The position numbers were made by a program, and so were the translations under genes. From positions 1,931,497 to 1,995,496 of the forward strand of contig NZ_CP093396.1 in the NCBI RefSeq assembly GCF_029027405.1: DNA of 64,000 nucleotides. Direction: 5' to 3'. The notes below the pieces were generated by a model. It was not told where the DNA came from. It was given only the letters and a program-made list of their open reading frames with translations, and did not search any database. Positions 1-9,157 of the stretch are shown piece after piece. This stretch comes from Sulfurimonas sp. Lineage in GTDB: Bacteria > Campylobacterota > Campylobacteria > Campylobacterales > Sulfurimonadaceae. Position 1 is the stretch's first letter; each line of letters starts with the position of its first letter.

Positions 1-279
1 GAATATTCATACACATCAAAAAAAGAAAGTGCTGGTGATAGAGTTAAGTTATTATGAACAGTTGGTATAAAACTTTCACTCAAAGTATGTCCTGTAAAAA
101 TAGAATGCACTCCTAAAGTTTCACTTGGTTCACAACCAACACCAATACAAGCATGTCCTTGAGTATCAAAATCTATAAGAAGAACAGAACCGTGTTTTGC
201 TAAACCGCTTGCGATATTTACTGCTGTTGTTGTTTTTGCAGAACCACCTTTTCTATTGCTAATTACAATGGTTTTCACT
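1..279 (-). CDS. ParA/MinD-family P-loop ATPase, N-terminal part (gene runs off window start)
   Basis: Minus-strand translation from GTG at 279 (AGGA about 10 nt upstream) reads VKTIVISNRKGGSAKTTTAVNIASGLAKHGSVLLIDFDTQGHA..., a deviant Walker-A KGGxxKT ParA/MinD signature. The frame is still open at position 1. Absent from the ORF track because it is truncated. Confidence 0.7.
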
Positions 280-534
280 AGTATCAAATCCTTCCAAAAC
301 TTTTTGAAAAAGCTTTTTACTTTTACCGAACTTATAAGAAATTGAGTAGTTTTTTTTATAAGCCATAATAATTTGTAAAACTGCCAAATGAATATCTTCG
401 CACTCACCAAATTCTAGTTTAACTGCGTCAGGTGCTTTTTCTTGTAAAAAATCTCTAAATGAAACAACCTCATCTTCATAAATCACAGATACAAATATTG
501 CTGAATTTTTTTTATATTTTATTGCCATTTTCAC
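259..534 (-). CDS. small hypothetical protein (91 aa), possibly STAS/anti-sigma-antagonist-like fold
   Basis: ORF tightly packed between the ParA-like gene and CheW-CZB in the same orientation. The weak STAS-like pattern (KLEFGECEDIHLAVLQIIMAY) is by eye only. Confidence 0.4.
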   Translation of the reverse strand: MKMAIKYKKNSAIFVSVIYEDEVVSFRDFLQEKAPDAVKLEFGECEDIHLAVLQIIMAYKKNYSISYKFGKSKKLFQKVLEGFDTSENHCN

Positions 535-536
535 TC

Positions 537-1301
537 CTAACTTGGTATTTTTATAGTTTTAATTATATTTATTAACATATCATCTAACTCAAGAACTCCT
601 AAAAGCTCTAAAAAAATATTATTACTATCATCTTCATTACTCATAATATCACCATCTTCAATATGAGCAATATCTTCTATTTTATCTACTTTTACTGCAA
701 AAACTTTATCATTATTTTCATAAATAATAAGCTTCTGTAAAGAGTTTGTAACTTTATCTGCTTTGGAAATAAAAGAGTCTATATCATCAATAGTTTTAGT
801 AAATATATCATAAATATTTTTGTTAAATTCTTCTATTGCTTTATCTTTATCTTCTTTCAAAATCTTCAAGATATTTGCACCGACTAAATGAAGTTTTTTA
901 TGATTTTCATATAGATGCTTAAATATTTTTTCAACATCTTTATCATCATAAGAATTAAAAGAATTCAACCAAATACCAAGTTCACATTTATTTGGATCTA
1001 GTTGTTTTGTAAATGTAGAAGCATTTTTTATGGAACTTTCTAAAGCGTCTATCCAAACTTGATGACTTTTTTTAAGCTTATAAAAAAATTGTACCAGCTC
1101 TTCATCATAAGTTAATAGTCCGATTAACTTACGGAAGTTAATAACTTTTATAACCTTACCCTCATAAGACATCATCCCATCTATGAGGTTATGAGCATTT
1201 GGTATCTCACTTATCTCAAGCATTTGAATTATTCTTTGTATATTTTCAATATCAAGAGCATAACGATTATCTCCAACACTAAAAACTATTAAATCTTTCA
1301 T
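537..1301 (-). CDS. CheW-like domain protein fused to a CZB (chemoreceptor zinc-binding) domain
   Basis: The N-terminus (FSVGDNRYALDIENIQRI...) is a CheW-like domain. The middle carries the CZB motif HQVW...DPNKCELGIWL...HLYENHKKLH (H-x2-W, CxLGxWL, H...H). Confidence 0.8.
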   Translation of the reverse strand: MKDLIVFSVGDNRYALDIENIQRIIQMLEISEIPNAHNLIDGMMSYEGKVIKVINFRKLIGLLTYDEELVQFFYKLKKSHQVWIDALESSIKNASTFTKQLDPNKCELGIWLNSFNSYDDKDVEKIFKHLYENHKKLHLVGANILKILKEDKDKAIEEFNKNIYDIFTKTIDDIDSFISKADKVTNSLQKLIIYENNDKVFAVKVDKIEDIAHIEDGDIMSNEDDSNNIFLELLGVLELDDMLINIIKTIKIPS

Positions 1302-1314
1302 ACTTAAACCCTCT

Positions 1315-3996
1315 TTATGCTACTGCAATATCTTCTTTTAAATTTTGTGAAATCCCTAAAAGTCCTATTGGGTCAATTGCCATAATTATTTGTCCATTCC
1401 CAAGAAGTGCCGTTCCACTAAAAAGAGGATGACCTTCCATTACTCCTGCTAAAGGTTTTTGAACCACATCTAATTGACCCAAGAATTTATTTACAACAAC
1501 TGCCAATAAATTATCTTTTATTTTTAAAACAACAATTGACATTGGTTCATCTATCATAATTTCTTCATCTAACATAGATTTAATAAACAGTAGAGGAATA
1601 ACTTCACCACGAATATAAACAAATGGTTCATTATGAAGGTATTCTATCTCTGAACGCTCGAGCTTAACAGTTTCACTAACACTGTCCATAGGAAGTCCAT
1701 AATGAATATTATTCATTTGAATGTGAAGCAAAGATGTAACAGCTAAGGACATTGGTATTGTTAAAGTTATAGTTGTTCCTTCATTTGCTTTAGTTTTGAT
1801 GCCAATATTACCACCAAAACTCTCTATAGACTTTTTAACAACATCCATTCCCACACCGCGTCCACTAAATTCAGTTATCTCTTGGGCAGTTGATAATCCT
1901 GCTAAAAGAACTAACTCAGCCATTGCATTTTCATCAAGATTATCTATTTTCTCAGATGTCATTAAACCTTTTTCTAAAACCTTACTTGCAACTCTTTCTA
2001 CATTTATCCCTGCACCATCATCTATAATTTCTATAATTATTCTATCTGATTGAGTATAAGCTTTTAGAGTTACATTACCCATCGCACTCTTGCCTTTTTG
2101 CTCCCGCACATCTGGCATCTCAATTCCATGGTCAAGTGAATTTCTCATTATATGAATCATTGGATCAGCCAACATCTCTATCATATTTTTATCTAACTTA
2201 GTGTCGCCACCTTCCATTTCTAGTTTTACTTTTTTACCAAGTTTTTTACTGATATCACGAACTAATTTAGGATATCTATCAAAGACATAAGAAATTGGTA
2301 ACATTCTCATACCCATAATAAGATCTTGAAGTTGTTCTGTCAAACGATTTATAAAAATATATTTATCCATAATCTCTCGTTTTATAACTTCATGACTCAA
2401 GTCAATAACACTATCTGCTAAATATGGAAGAGAATTTTTGGCAACTAAAAGTTCTCCAGCTACATTCATAAGGCTATCTATAGATTCTTGTTCAATTTTA
2501 ACAGTTTTGCCAATAACTGTTTTTTTAGTTTCTATTTTTTTCTCTGTTTTTTCTTCTACTTTTGCTTTAATATTTTTTTCTATCTTAGATTCAATTTTTG
2601 CCTCATTTTTCGGCTCAGTTAACTCAACTTTTTCTTCTACTTTTACTACGCCTAGTTGAGATTTTAAAAAAGATTCTACTTCTTCTTTTGTGTTTAAATC
2701 ATCTGGCATCTGAGGTGTAAATTTTTTAATTTTTTGCATCATCAGTAAAATTCTTTGCAAATCATCTTCAGTTTTAACATACTCTAGTGCATGAAGCTGT
2801 TGAGTTTTAATGTTTGTAAGAGCTTGTTCTATATGCTCATTTATCTCCATTTTAATTTCAGGACTCTCTTGCTTTACACTTTCTTCTTGGACAATATGTT
2901 CTTTTGTTACTTTATTAGCATCTGATTCTATCGTATATACTTTACCCTTGTGAAGATTTTGAAAAAAACTATCTAATTTTTTAATATCATTTTCTTTTAT
3001 TAAAGAGCTTATATCAATAAAGCGTTGAAGCTGTGCATGCTGTAGCGTATCTACTCCAACCAATTCCATAGAACGCTCAACTGCTTCAATGATGCCATCT
3101 AAATCTAAGTCATTAGTAATATCACTTAACTCTTTTAAAGAGTCAATTTTATGCCCTTTTTCTCCAGCATCTATACTCAGTAAGGTCTCAATATCTAAAG
3201 GTAAAAATTGAAGTTCATCAATAAAGTTAAAAAGTGCATCTTCAATTTCACTGTAATTAGATTTTACAAAAGCAGTCAATTGAACTCTTAAAAGTAAGCC
3301 ATCTGAATCTTCTGTTCCACTAAGAATAGACTTTGCATTATTATCAGAAATACAAGAATGAACACCAAGAACTTTATCTTCCAATAGAGAAAGAGTATAT
3401 ATAGGATCATTCCCATAAACCATACATGATTCATCTATATCAAACAAAATTGCGTAAAAATTATCATTTTCACAAAATTCTTCACTTAGAGGTTGGTTTT
3501 TAAAAGGTATTTTTTTGCAAGATTTATTATCTAACATATTAAGAGGTATATTAATTATCGAGGAACTATCTTTTAGCACCATAAACCCTGCTTCCCAAGC
3601 ACTCTCTTTTTCCTCGCTTTTACCCATCTGTTCACTTAAACTTGAAACAATAGTGCCTAAAATTTTTAAATCAGCTTCAACAATACCTTCGCTCTCTTCT
3701 GCTGCTTCTACTAAATTTAAAACTTCATCAAAAGCATCATAAAGTGCTGATACCATAGAATCAGCAAAGTCTAACCTTCCATCTCTTAGCATATCAAGTA
3801 AGTCTTCAGCATGATGAGTAATATCTCTAATACTATCAAAACCAACAATCCCACTTCCACCTTTTAAAGTATGTGCTGCACGAAAAACAGAGTTTAAAAG
3901 TTCTGGATCATCACCACCAATATCTTCAATATTTTGATCTATAAATGCTAAATTTTCTCTTGCTTCACTTAAAAATTGTTCTAATAAAGGATCCAT
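1315..3996 (-). CDS. cheA: chemotaxis histidine kinase CheA (no C-terminal receiver)
   Basis: N-terminal Hpt (AAHTLKGGSGIVGF), HATPase_c motifs (DDGAGIN, GRGVGMDVV), C-terminal CheW-like domain. An unusually long K/E-rich spacer lies between P1 and the dimerisation domain. Confidence 0.95.
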   Translation of the reverse strand: MDPLLEQFLSEARENLAFIDQNIEDIGGDDPELLNSVFRAAHTLKGGSGIVGFDSIRDITHHAEDLLDMLRDGRLDFADSMVSALYDAFDEVLNLVEAAEESEGIVEADLKILGTIVSSLSEQMGKSEEKESAWEAGFMVLKDSSSIINIPLNMLDNKSCKKIPFKNQPLSEEFCENDNFYAILFDIDESCMVYGNDPIYTLSLLEDKVLGVHSCISDNNAKSILSGTEDSDGLLLRVQLTAFVKSNYSEIEDALFNFIDELQFLPLDIETLLSIDAGEKGHKIDSLKELSDITNDLDLDGIIEAVERSMELVGVDTLQHAQLQRFIDISSLIKENDIKKLDSFFQNLHKGKVYTIESDANKVTKEHIVQEESVKQESPEIKMEINEHIEQALTNIKTQQLHALEYVKTEDDLQRILLMMQKIKKFTPQMPDDLNTKEEVESFLKSQLGVVKVEEKVELTEPKNEAKIESKIEKNIKAKVEEKTEKKIETKKTVIGKTVKIEQESIDSLMNVAGELLVAKNSLPYLADSVIDLSHEVIKREIMDKYIFINRLTEQLQDLIMGMRMLPISYVFDRYPKLVRDISKKLGKKVKLEMEGGDTKLDKNMIEMLADPMIHIMRNSLDHGIEMPDVREQKGKSAMGNVTLKAYTQSDRIIIEIIDDGAGINVERVASKVLEKGLMTSEKIDNLDENAMAELVLLAGLSTAQEITEFSGRGVGMDVVKKSIESFGGNIGIKTKANEGTTITLTIPMSLAVTSLLHIQMNNIHYGLPMDSVSETVKLERSEIEYLHNEPFVYIRGEVIPLLFIKSMLDEEIMIDEPMSIVVLKIKDNLLAVVVNKFLGQLDVVQKPLAGVMEGHPLFSGTALLGNGQIIMAIDPIGLLGISQNLKEDIAVA

Positions 3997-4009
3997 AATT
4001 TATTACCTC

Positions 4010-4375
4010 CTAACTTTTAACTAATATATCTACATATGCTTGAAGCACTTCAGGTTTTATAGGTTTAGTTTCAAAAAGATTTGCTCCAACTTTAAAAGCA
4101 TTTATCTTGTCTTCTTCTTTTGCTTGAGTTGTAACCATAATAACGGGGACAGTTTTATGAGGAGATTGCTTTCTTAAATCACGAATAAAAGAGTAACCAT
4201 CCATTATAGGCATGTTTACATCTACTAAATATAAATCAATAGATATTCCAAGAGATTTTTCCAATGCTTCCATACCATTTTCTGCCTCTAAAATCTCAAA
4301 ACCTTGAGACTTCAAAATTGCGCCGTGATAATTTCTAACTGTTTTTGAATCATCTACCACCATTATAATTGCCAT
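4010..4375 (-). CDS. cheY: CheY-like single-domain response regulator
   Basis: 121 aa receiver with VVDDS...DLYLVDVNMP...T..K motifs, immediately downstream of cheA. Confidence 0.9.
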   Translation of the reverse strand: MAIIMVVDDSKTVRNYHGAILKSQGFEILEAENGMEALEKSLGISIDLYLVDVNMPIMDGYSFIRDLRKQSPHKTVPVIMVTTQAKEEDKINAFKVGANLFETKPIKPEVLQAYVDILVKS

Positions 4376-4384
4376 AATATCTCC

Positions 4385-4789
4385 TTAAAAAAACTCTATT
4401 TCATCAGCTTCGTTTTGATTACTTAGCTTACCTAAAAATGCTTCTTTTTTGTCTTTTGCTGTTTTAAGAGTTTTTGATAATTTTGAGTGAAGTTTTTTTA
4501 TACTCTCATTAGCTATTATCTCATCTGAATTTTGAGCATTCTTAAAAATATTTATACTTTGTTGAACACTCTTTATCGCCTCTATTGTAGCACTTAATTG
4601 TTGAGAAATAATATCCTGATATTGTAAAGCTTTTGAAGCATTATCATCTAACTCTATTGAGTTATCTTCAAAAAATTTACTTATCATCAGCATAGATTCT
4701 TGCGACATTTCAATAGTATTTTGCTCTACCTCTTTTATGTGAGAAAGCAAATCATTAATCGAAGATAACATATTCATTTTATTCATCAC
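4385..4789 (-). CDS. hypothetical coiled-coil protein, candidate minimal CheZ-like phosphatase
   Basis: 134 aa ORF between two cheY-like genes. The motif LQYQDIISQQL has the D-x3-Q spacing of the CheZ catalytic pair, and the protein ends in an acidic ...EIEFF tail. Confidence 0.45.
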   Translation of the reverse strand: MMNKMNMLSSINDLLSHIKEVEQNTIEMSQESMLMISKFFEDNSIELDDNASKALQYQDIISQQLSATIEAIKSVQQSINIFKNAQNSDEIIANESIKKLHSKLSKTLKTAKDKKEAFLGKLSNQNEADEIEFF

Positions 4790-5160
4790 TATGTTAATCT
4801 TAGCACTCTTGAAATTGCTTGTTTTAACTGTGCTGGATTAAATGGTTTAACAATCCAACCAGTAAGTCCCAATGCTTTACCTTTTTGTTTTAATTCTGCT
4901 TTAGTCTCTGTTGTTAGCATTAAACATGGTGTTCTACCAGTAGATGGTACTTTTCTTAACTCTTCTAAAAATTCAAGACCATTCATTACAGGCATATTAA
5001 GGTCTGTAATTATTAAATCAGGTGTCATACCCGCTTGAATCTCAGCTAACGCTGTTTGTGCCTCTGTAAATTGTATCACTTCTATTGGCATAGAGTTTGT
5101 CACCATTCTAGTTGAAGCTAGAGCTGTCTCACTATCATCTACAAATATTACTAATGGCAT
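4789..5160 (-). CDS. CheY-like single-domain response regulator (second copy)
   Basis: 123 aa receiver (FVDDSET...DLIITDLNMPVMNG...K), start overlapping the stop of the downstream ORF. Confidence 0.9.
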   Translation of the reverse strand: MPLVIFVDDSETALASTRMVTNSMPIEVIQFTEAQTALAEIQAGMTPDLIITDLNMPVMNGLEFLEELRKVPSTGRTPCLMLTTETKAELKQKGKALGLTGWIVKPFNPAQLKQAISRVLRLT

Positions 5161-5256
5161 CTATTATCCTTATTATTAATTTTTAGTTCTATTATTATGA
5201 ACTTGATTGAAAGTTTTTTTTTAAATTCTCAATCAAGTTCAGTATAATCAAATAAC

Positions 5257-6087
5257 TTACTTTTGATAAATCAAAGTAGTGTCTATTTTTTTTGCTTTAA
5301 AAACAGACACTATGCGACTCATATATTCGGCATGTCCTAACAAAACATATCCACCAGGATTTAACATATCGTAAAATGTCATTGCAACCTCTTTTCTGGA
5401 AGCATCATCAAAATATATAAGCATATTTCTAGAAAAAATAACATCAAATTTACCTAACTTACGCATCTGTGCTTTATCAAATATATTTGCCACTTGAAAA
5501 TCAACACTTCCTAGCAAATCATCTCCAAGTTGATAACCCAAAGACTTTTTATTAAACCATTTAGCTAAAATTTTCTTTGGTATCGCATGAACAGAGCGTT
5601 CTGTATATTTTGCTTTTATTGCCTTTTGAATCACTGTTGAATCAATATCTATACCCACAACTTCTATATCTCTTTTCTCAACAATATTAGCCTCTTCAAC
5701 TATATGGAGTATCATAGAATAAGGTTCTTCTCCAGTTGAACATGGAGAAGATAATATTCTAAGAGTTTTAGAAGGAGGAAGTTTTTCATGCAATTCTGGC
5801 AAAATTTTATTCACTAAAACTTCAAACTGATCTTTTTCTCTAAAAAAATATGTTTCATTTACAGTTACACCATTCATAAGTGCTTGAAATTCTTCTCCCG
5901 ACTTATCTTCAAAACGAAGTTTATAAAAGTATTTTCTAAAACTATCAACTTCTAGCTCTTTTGCTCTCACATCTACATATTTTGCTAATTTATCAAAATG
6001 TTTATCTTCTTCAAGAAAAATACCACTTTTTCTATACACAAACTCACTCATTTTTGCAAAATTTTCTTTTGACAACAAGTATGCCAT
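5257..6087 (-). CDS. cheR: chemotaxis protein methyltransferase CheR
   Basis: CheR N-domain (ETYFFRE) and SAM-MTase motif CSTGEEPYSM. Confidence 0.9.
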   Translation of the reverse strand: MAYLLSKENFAKMSEFVYRKSGIFLEEDKHFDKLAKYVDVRAKELEVDSFRKYFYKLRFEDKSGEEFQALMNGVTVNETYFFREKDQFEVLVNKILPELHEKLPPSKTLRILSSPCSTGEEPYSMILHIVEEANIVEKRDIEVVGIDIDSTVIQKAIKAKYTERSVHAIPKKILAKWFNKKSLGYQLGDDLLGSVDFQVANIFDKAQMRKLGKFDVIFSRNMLIYFDDASRKEVAMTFYDMLNPGGYVLLGHAEYMSRIVSVFKAKKIDTTLIYQK

Positions 6088-6089
6088 CG

Positions 6090-6716
6090 CTACCCCCTAA
6101 TCATTTTTACTGCACCATCTACAGCAAATTCTACATAGAACTCACCATCAAATCTTGTTTTTAATGACTCCAAAAGTTCTATATCTTTTTCTTCTCCTAT
6201 TTCAGCCATATAATCAACTGCTGTCATTGCCACATTTATATCTTGTTCATCTTCTAAAAGTTCAACTAACATATCTCTTGATTCAGCAAAATCAACATCA
6301 CCTAAAACATTAATAGCAAAAATTCTTAGGTCTCTATCATCACCTATTAAAAACTTAACAATATAGTATTTAATTTCATGACCAAAATCTCTTAATATAG
6401 AGATACCTAAGTTTCTTATATACGCATTATTGAGTTTAAGTAACTCCATAATATCTTCAATAGGTGCAATTGCAGGATCCATACTCGAAATAACTGAGGC
6501 TATTTTTGTTAAATAATTTTTTTCAACATGTTCCTCTTTGCCTATACAAGTAACCAAGTATTTTCCCCCTCCATCAAACTTTACAATTTCTTCTATTGCG
6601 TAGTCTTTGTTATCGCTGTTTATGTTTGACTCAAAATAGCTTATTGCATCTTGAAGTGTTGTGAATTCTGGTAAATTTTCAACTTCTTGCTTAACATGTT
6701 CTTTAATTAAAGCCAT
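6090..6716 (-). CDS. HEAT/PBS-lyase-repeat protein embedded in the che operon
   Basis: Repeated LGD...AV..L..LL.DED..VR helical-repeat pattern, and tight operon packing between cheR and cheB. Confidence 0.65.
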   Translation of the reverse strand: MALIKEHVKQEVENLPEFTTLQDAISYFESNINSDNKDYAIEEIVKFDGGGKYLVTCIGKEEHVEKNYLTKIASVISSMDPAIAPIEDIMELLKLNNAYIRNLGISILRDFGHEIKYYIVKFLIGDDRDLRIFAINVLGDVDFAESRDMLVELLEDEQDINVAMTAVDYMAEIGEEKDIELLESLKTRFDGEFYVEFAVDGAVKMIRG

Positions 6717-6731
6717 TTTATATCCTAAATT

Positions 6732-7787
6732 TTATTTCAATGTTACTATTTTTTTCAAAATATCTGAAAAATTCAATTGCTCACTAACGCCACCTTTTTC
6801 AAAAGCAACTCTTGGCATGCCATAAACTGTTGCGCTCTCTTCACTTTCACCTAAAGTATATGCTCCAGCTTTTTTAAGTTTTACCATTGAATCTGCACCA
6901 TCATCACCTATTCCAGTCAGAAGAACTCCTATAAGATTTTCACCATCAAAAATATTAAGGGCACTACTCATCATATCATTTACACTTGGCTGAAAAAAAT
7001 TATCACCTTTTTCTTTATCTTCTCGTATTACTATCTTCCCAGATGTTTTTTTTGCAAAATTCATATGAACACCACCACGAGCTACATATATATTTCCGGG
7101 AAGTAGCTCCATATCATGCGTAGTTTCATGTACATCCAAAACACTTGAATCATTAAGCCTCTGGGAAAAAACTTTTGTAAATTTTTCTGGCATATGCTGA
7201 ACAATACAAATTGGATATTTATAATTTATTGGAACTCCAGCACAAATTTGCTCTATTAAACCTGGCCCACCAGTAGATGAACCTATTAGAACAACTTTTT
7301 GGATATCTCTTGAATCTCCTATTTGCTCCACACTTTGTGCAACTACTTTTCTCTCTCTATTTACTGATTTATTAACTTTTCTTTGAAGCCTTCTTTTTGG
7401 AATACTACTAAGACATTTAACTAATTCCACTATATCTTGAGCATTTTTAGCTTTACCGACATTCATTGTTCCAGGTTTAGTTATATAATCAATCGCTCCA
7501 GCATCCATCGCTTTCATAGTTATCTCAGCGTCTTGAATTGTTAAAGAGCTAATCATTAATATAGCGGTAGGTTTTATTCTCATGATTTTTTTAACAGCTT
7601 CTATACCATCCATTACAGGCATATTTATATCCATCGTAATTACATCATACTGAGTTGAAGTTGCTTTTTCAACTGCTTCTTTGCCATTTTTAGCAATATC
7701 TATCTCAAAATTAAGTGTTTGTATTATTTCTGTTAATTGTCTTCTTACTAAAGCAGAATCATCAACAATAAGTACTTTTTTTACCAC
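6732..7787 (-). CDS. cheB: protein-glutamate methylesterase CheB with N-terminal receiver domain
   Basis: REC domain (LIVDDSALVRR...DVITMDINMPVMDG) plus the methylesterase core (GSSTGGPG, CIVQHMP, GIGDDGA). Confidence 0.95.
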   Translation of the reverse strand: MVKKVLIVDDSALVRRQLTEIIQTLNFEIDIAKNGKEAVEKATSTQYDVITMDINMPVMDGIEAVKKIMRIKPTAILMISSLTIQDAEITMKAMDAGAIDYITKPGTMNVGKAKNAQDIVELVKCLSSIPKRRLQRKVNKSVNRERKVVAQSVEQIGDSRDIQKVVLIGSSTGGPGLIEQICAGVPINYKYPICIVQHMPEKFTKVFSQRLNDSSVLDVHETTHDMELLPGNIYVARGGVHMNFAKKTSGKIVIREDKEKGDNFFQPSVNDMMSSALNIFDGENLIGVLLTGIGDDGADSMVKLKKAGAYTLGESEESATVYGMPRVAFEKGGVSEQLNFSDILKKIVTLK

Positions 7788-9151
7788 TATTTCTCCTTAC
7801 TTGAAATTATTTTTTTTATATCCATACTCAAAACCAACCTTTTTCCACCTTCTAGATGCAATACATGCTTAAATATTTCTTCATCTTGATTTTTTTGTTC
7901 ATCACTGTTTATGTATAATATATCACTAATACTATCAACAACAAAACCTATCTTATTTTCATCTATATCACAGATAATAATTTTTGAGTCTTCATTTCTT
8001 TTTCTTGGTATTGATAATTTTTTATAAAGAGAAACGATAGTAACTATTTGACCTCTAATATTTATGATTCCATCTATATTTTCATCACTATATGCAACTT
8101 TTATTGAGTCCACTATATCAATGATTTCTGCAACATATTCAACATCAAAAGCATACTCTTTGCCAAGAAGTTTAAATATAATTACCTCTTGGGCTATTTC
8201 TGAACTATTTATATGAGAAATTATTTTTGATTTAGAATCAATATATGAGCTATTTTTAGAAAATATTACTTTTAATACATCTTCATCAAAAAAAGGTATA
8301 AGAGAGTTTTTATCATGTATAACTCCAGATATTTTATTATCCTCAAAACTATCTCTCATGTACTCTACATCACTATTTAAAACACTCTTAATATCTATAA
8401 TATCATCAACTAAAAGACCTATCCTTTCATCATTATATGAAGTTATTAGTATTCGATTTGAGTCACTTCTTTTACTGGAAAAACCATAATATGAACGAAG
8501 ATCTATAACAGCGAGAATATCATTTCTTAGAGTAATCAGACCAAGTAAGTCATCAGAACTTCCTGCAATATCTGTAAAGTCTATATCTGCAAGTATTATC
8601 TCTCTTAAATAATCTATATTTAAAGCAAATTTTTCATTCGACATTGCGAATATTAAAAATTTTCTTAAATCTTCTTCTTTAATTTCAGGTTCTTTTATCT
8701 TTCCATTTTTAATCTCTTTTGATTTTATATCAATTTTAGAGATATTTGAAATTATAGTTTCAAGAGATAAAATTTGAATAAGAGAGTCTTTATGTTTATA
8801 TATAGCTATAACAGGGTCACCCTTATTATCTATATATTCTATATTTGAGTCATCTATATTTAGAGTATTGTAAACTTTACTAACCAAAAGTGCACTTGAT
8901 GACAACTCATCATTTAAACTTAAAAGTCTGCTGTCATCATTTTTTAAATCAACTTCTGATATATCTAGTAAAAGATTCAAATCTAAAAGAGTTACAATAT
9001 TTCCATTAACAGCACAAAGTCCTCTTATACCTTTTGGTCTTAAAGGAAGTTTTGTAATAGCTGGAACTCTAGAAATTTGGTTTATACACTCTGTCGATAT
9101 ACCATAACTCTCAGATGCATTTTTAATGATTAAAATCTCTTGGATTGTCAT
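7787..9151 (-). CDS. multi-domain CheW protein (three CheW-like domains)
   Basis: Three successive CheW-like segments (YGISTECINQISR..., KFALNIDYLREII..., EYAFDVEYVAEII...) and no receiver domain. Confidence 0.85.
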   Translation of the reverse strand: MTIQEILIIKNASESYGISTECINQISRVPAITKLPLRPKGIRGLCAVNGNIVTLLDLNLLLDISEVDLKNDDSRLLSLNDELSSSALLVSKVYNTLNIDDSNIEYIDNKGDPVIAIYKHKDSLIQILSLETIISNISKIDIKSKEIKNGKIKEPEIKEEDLRKFLIFAMSNEKFALNIDYLREIILADIDFTDIAGSSDDLLGLITLRNDILAVIDLRSYYGFSSKRSDSNRILITSYNDERIGLLVDDIIDIKSVLNSDVEYMRDSFEDNKISGVIHDKNSLIPFFDEDVLKVIFSKNSSYIDSKSKIISHINSSEIAQEVIIFKLLGKEYAFDVEYVAEIIDIVDSIKVAYSDENIDGIINIRGQIVTIVSLYKKLSIPRKRNEDSKIIICDIDENKIGFVVDSISDILYINSDEQKNQDEEIFKHVLHLEGGKRLVLSMDIKKIISSKEK

Positions 9152-9157
9152 ATGATT

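Noticed and set aside
1796-3742. Track ORFs 1796-2053, 2438-2659 and 3515-3742 on the plus strand.
   Set aside because: They lie antisense inside cheA and translate to low-complexity S/F/I-rich peptides with no start context. They are shadows of the AT-rich coding strand.
1315-3996. CheA-CheY fusion (CheAY) as in C. jejuni.
   Set aside because: The protein ends with the CheW-like domain. No receiver motifs occur after it.
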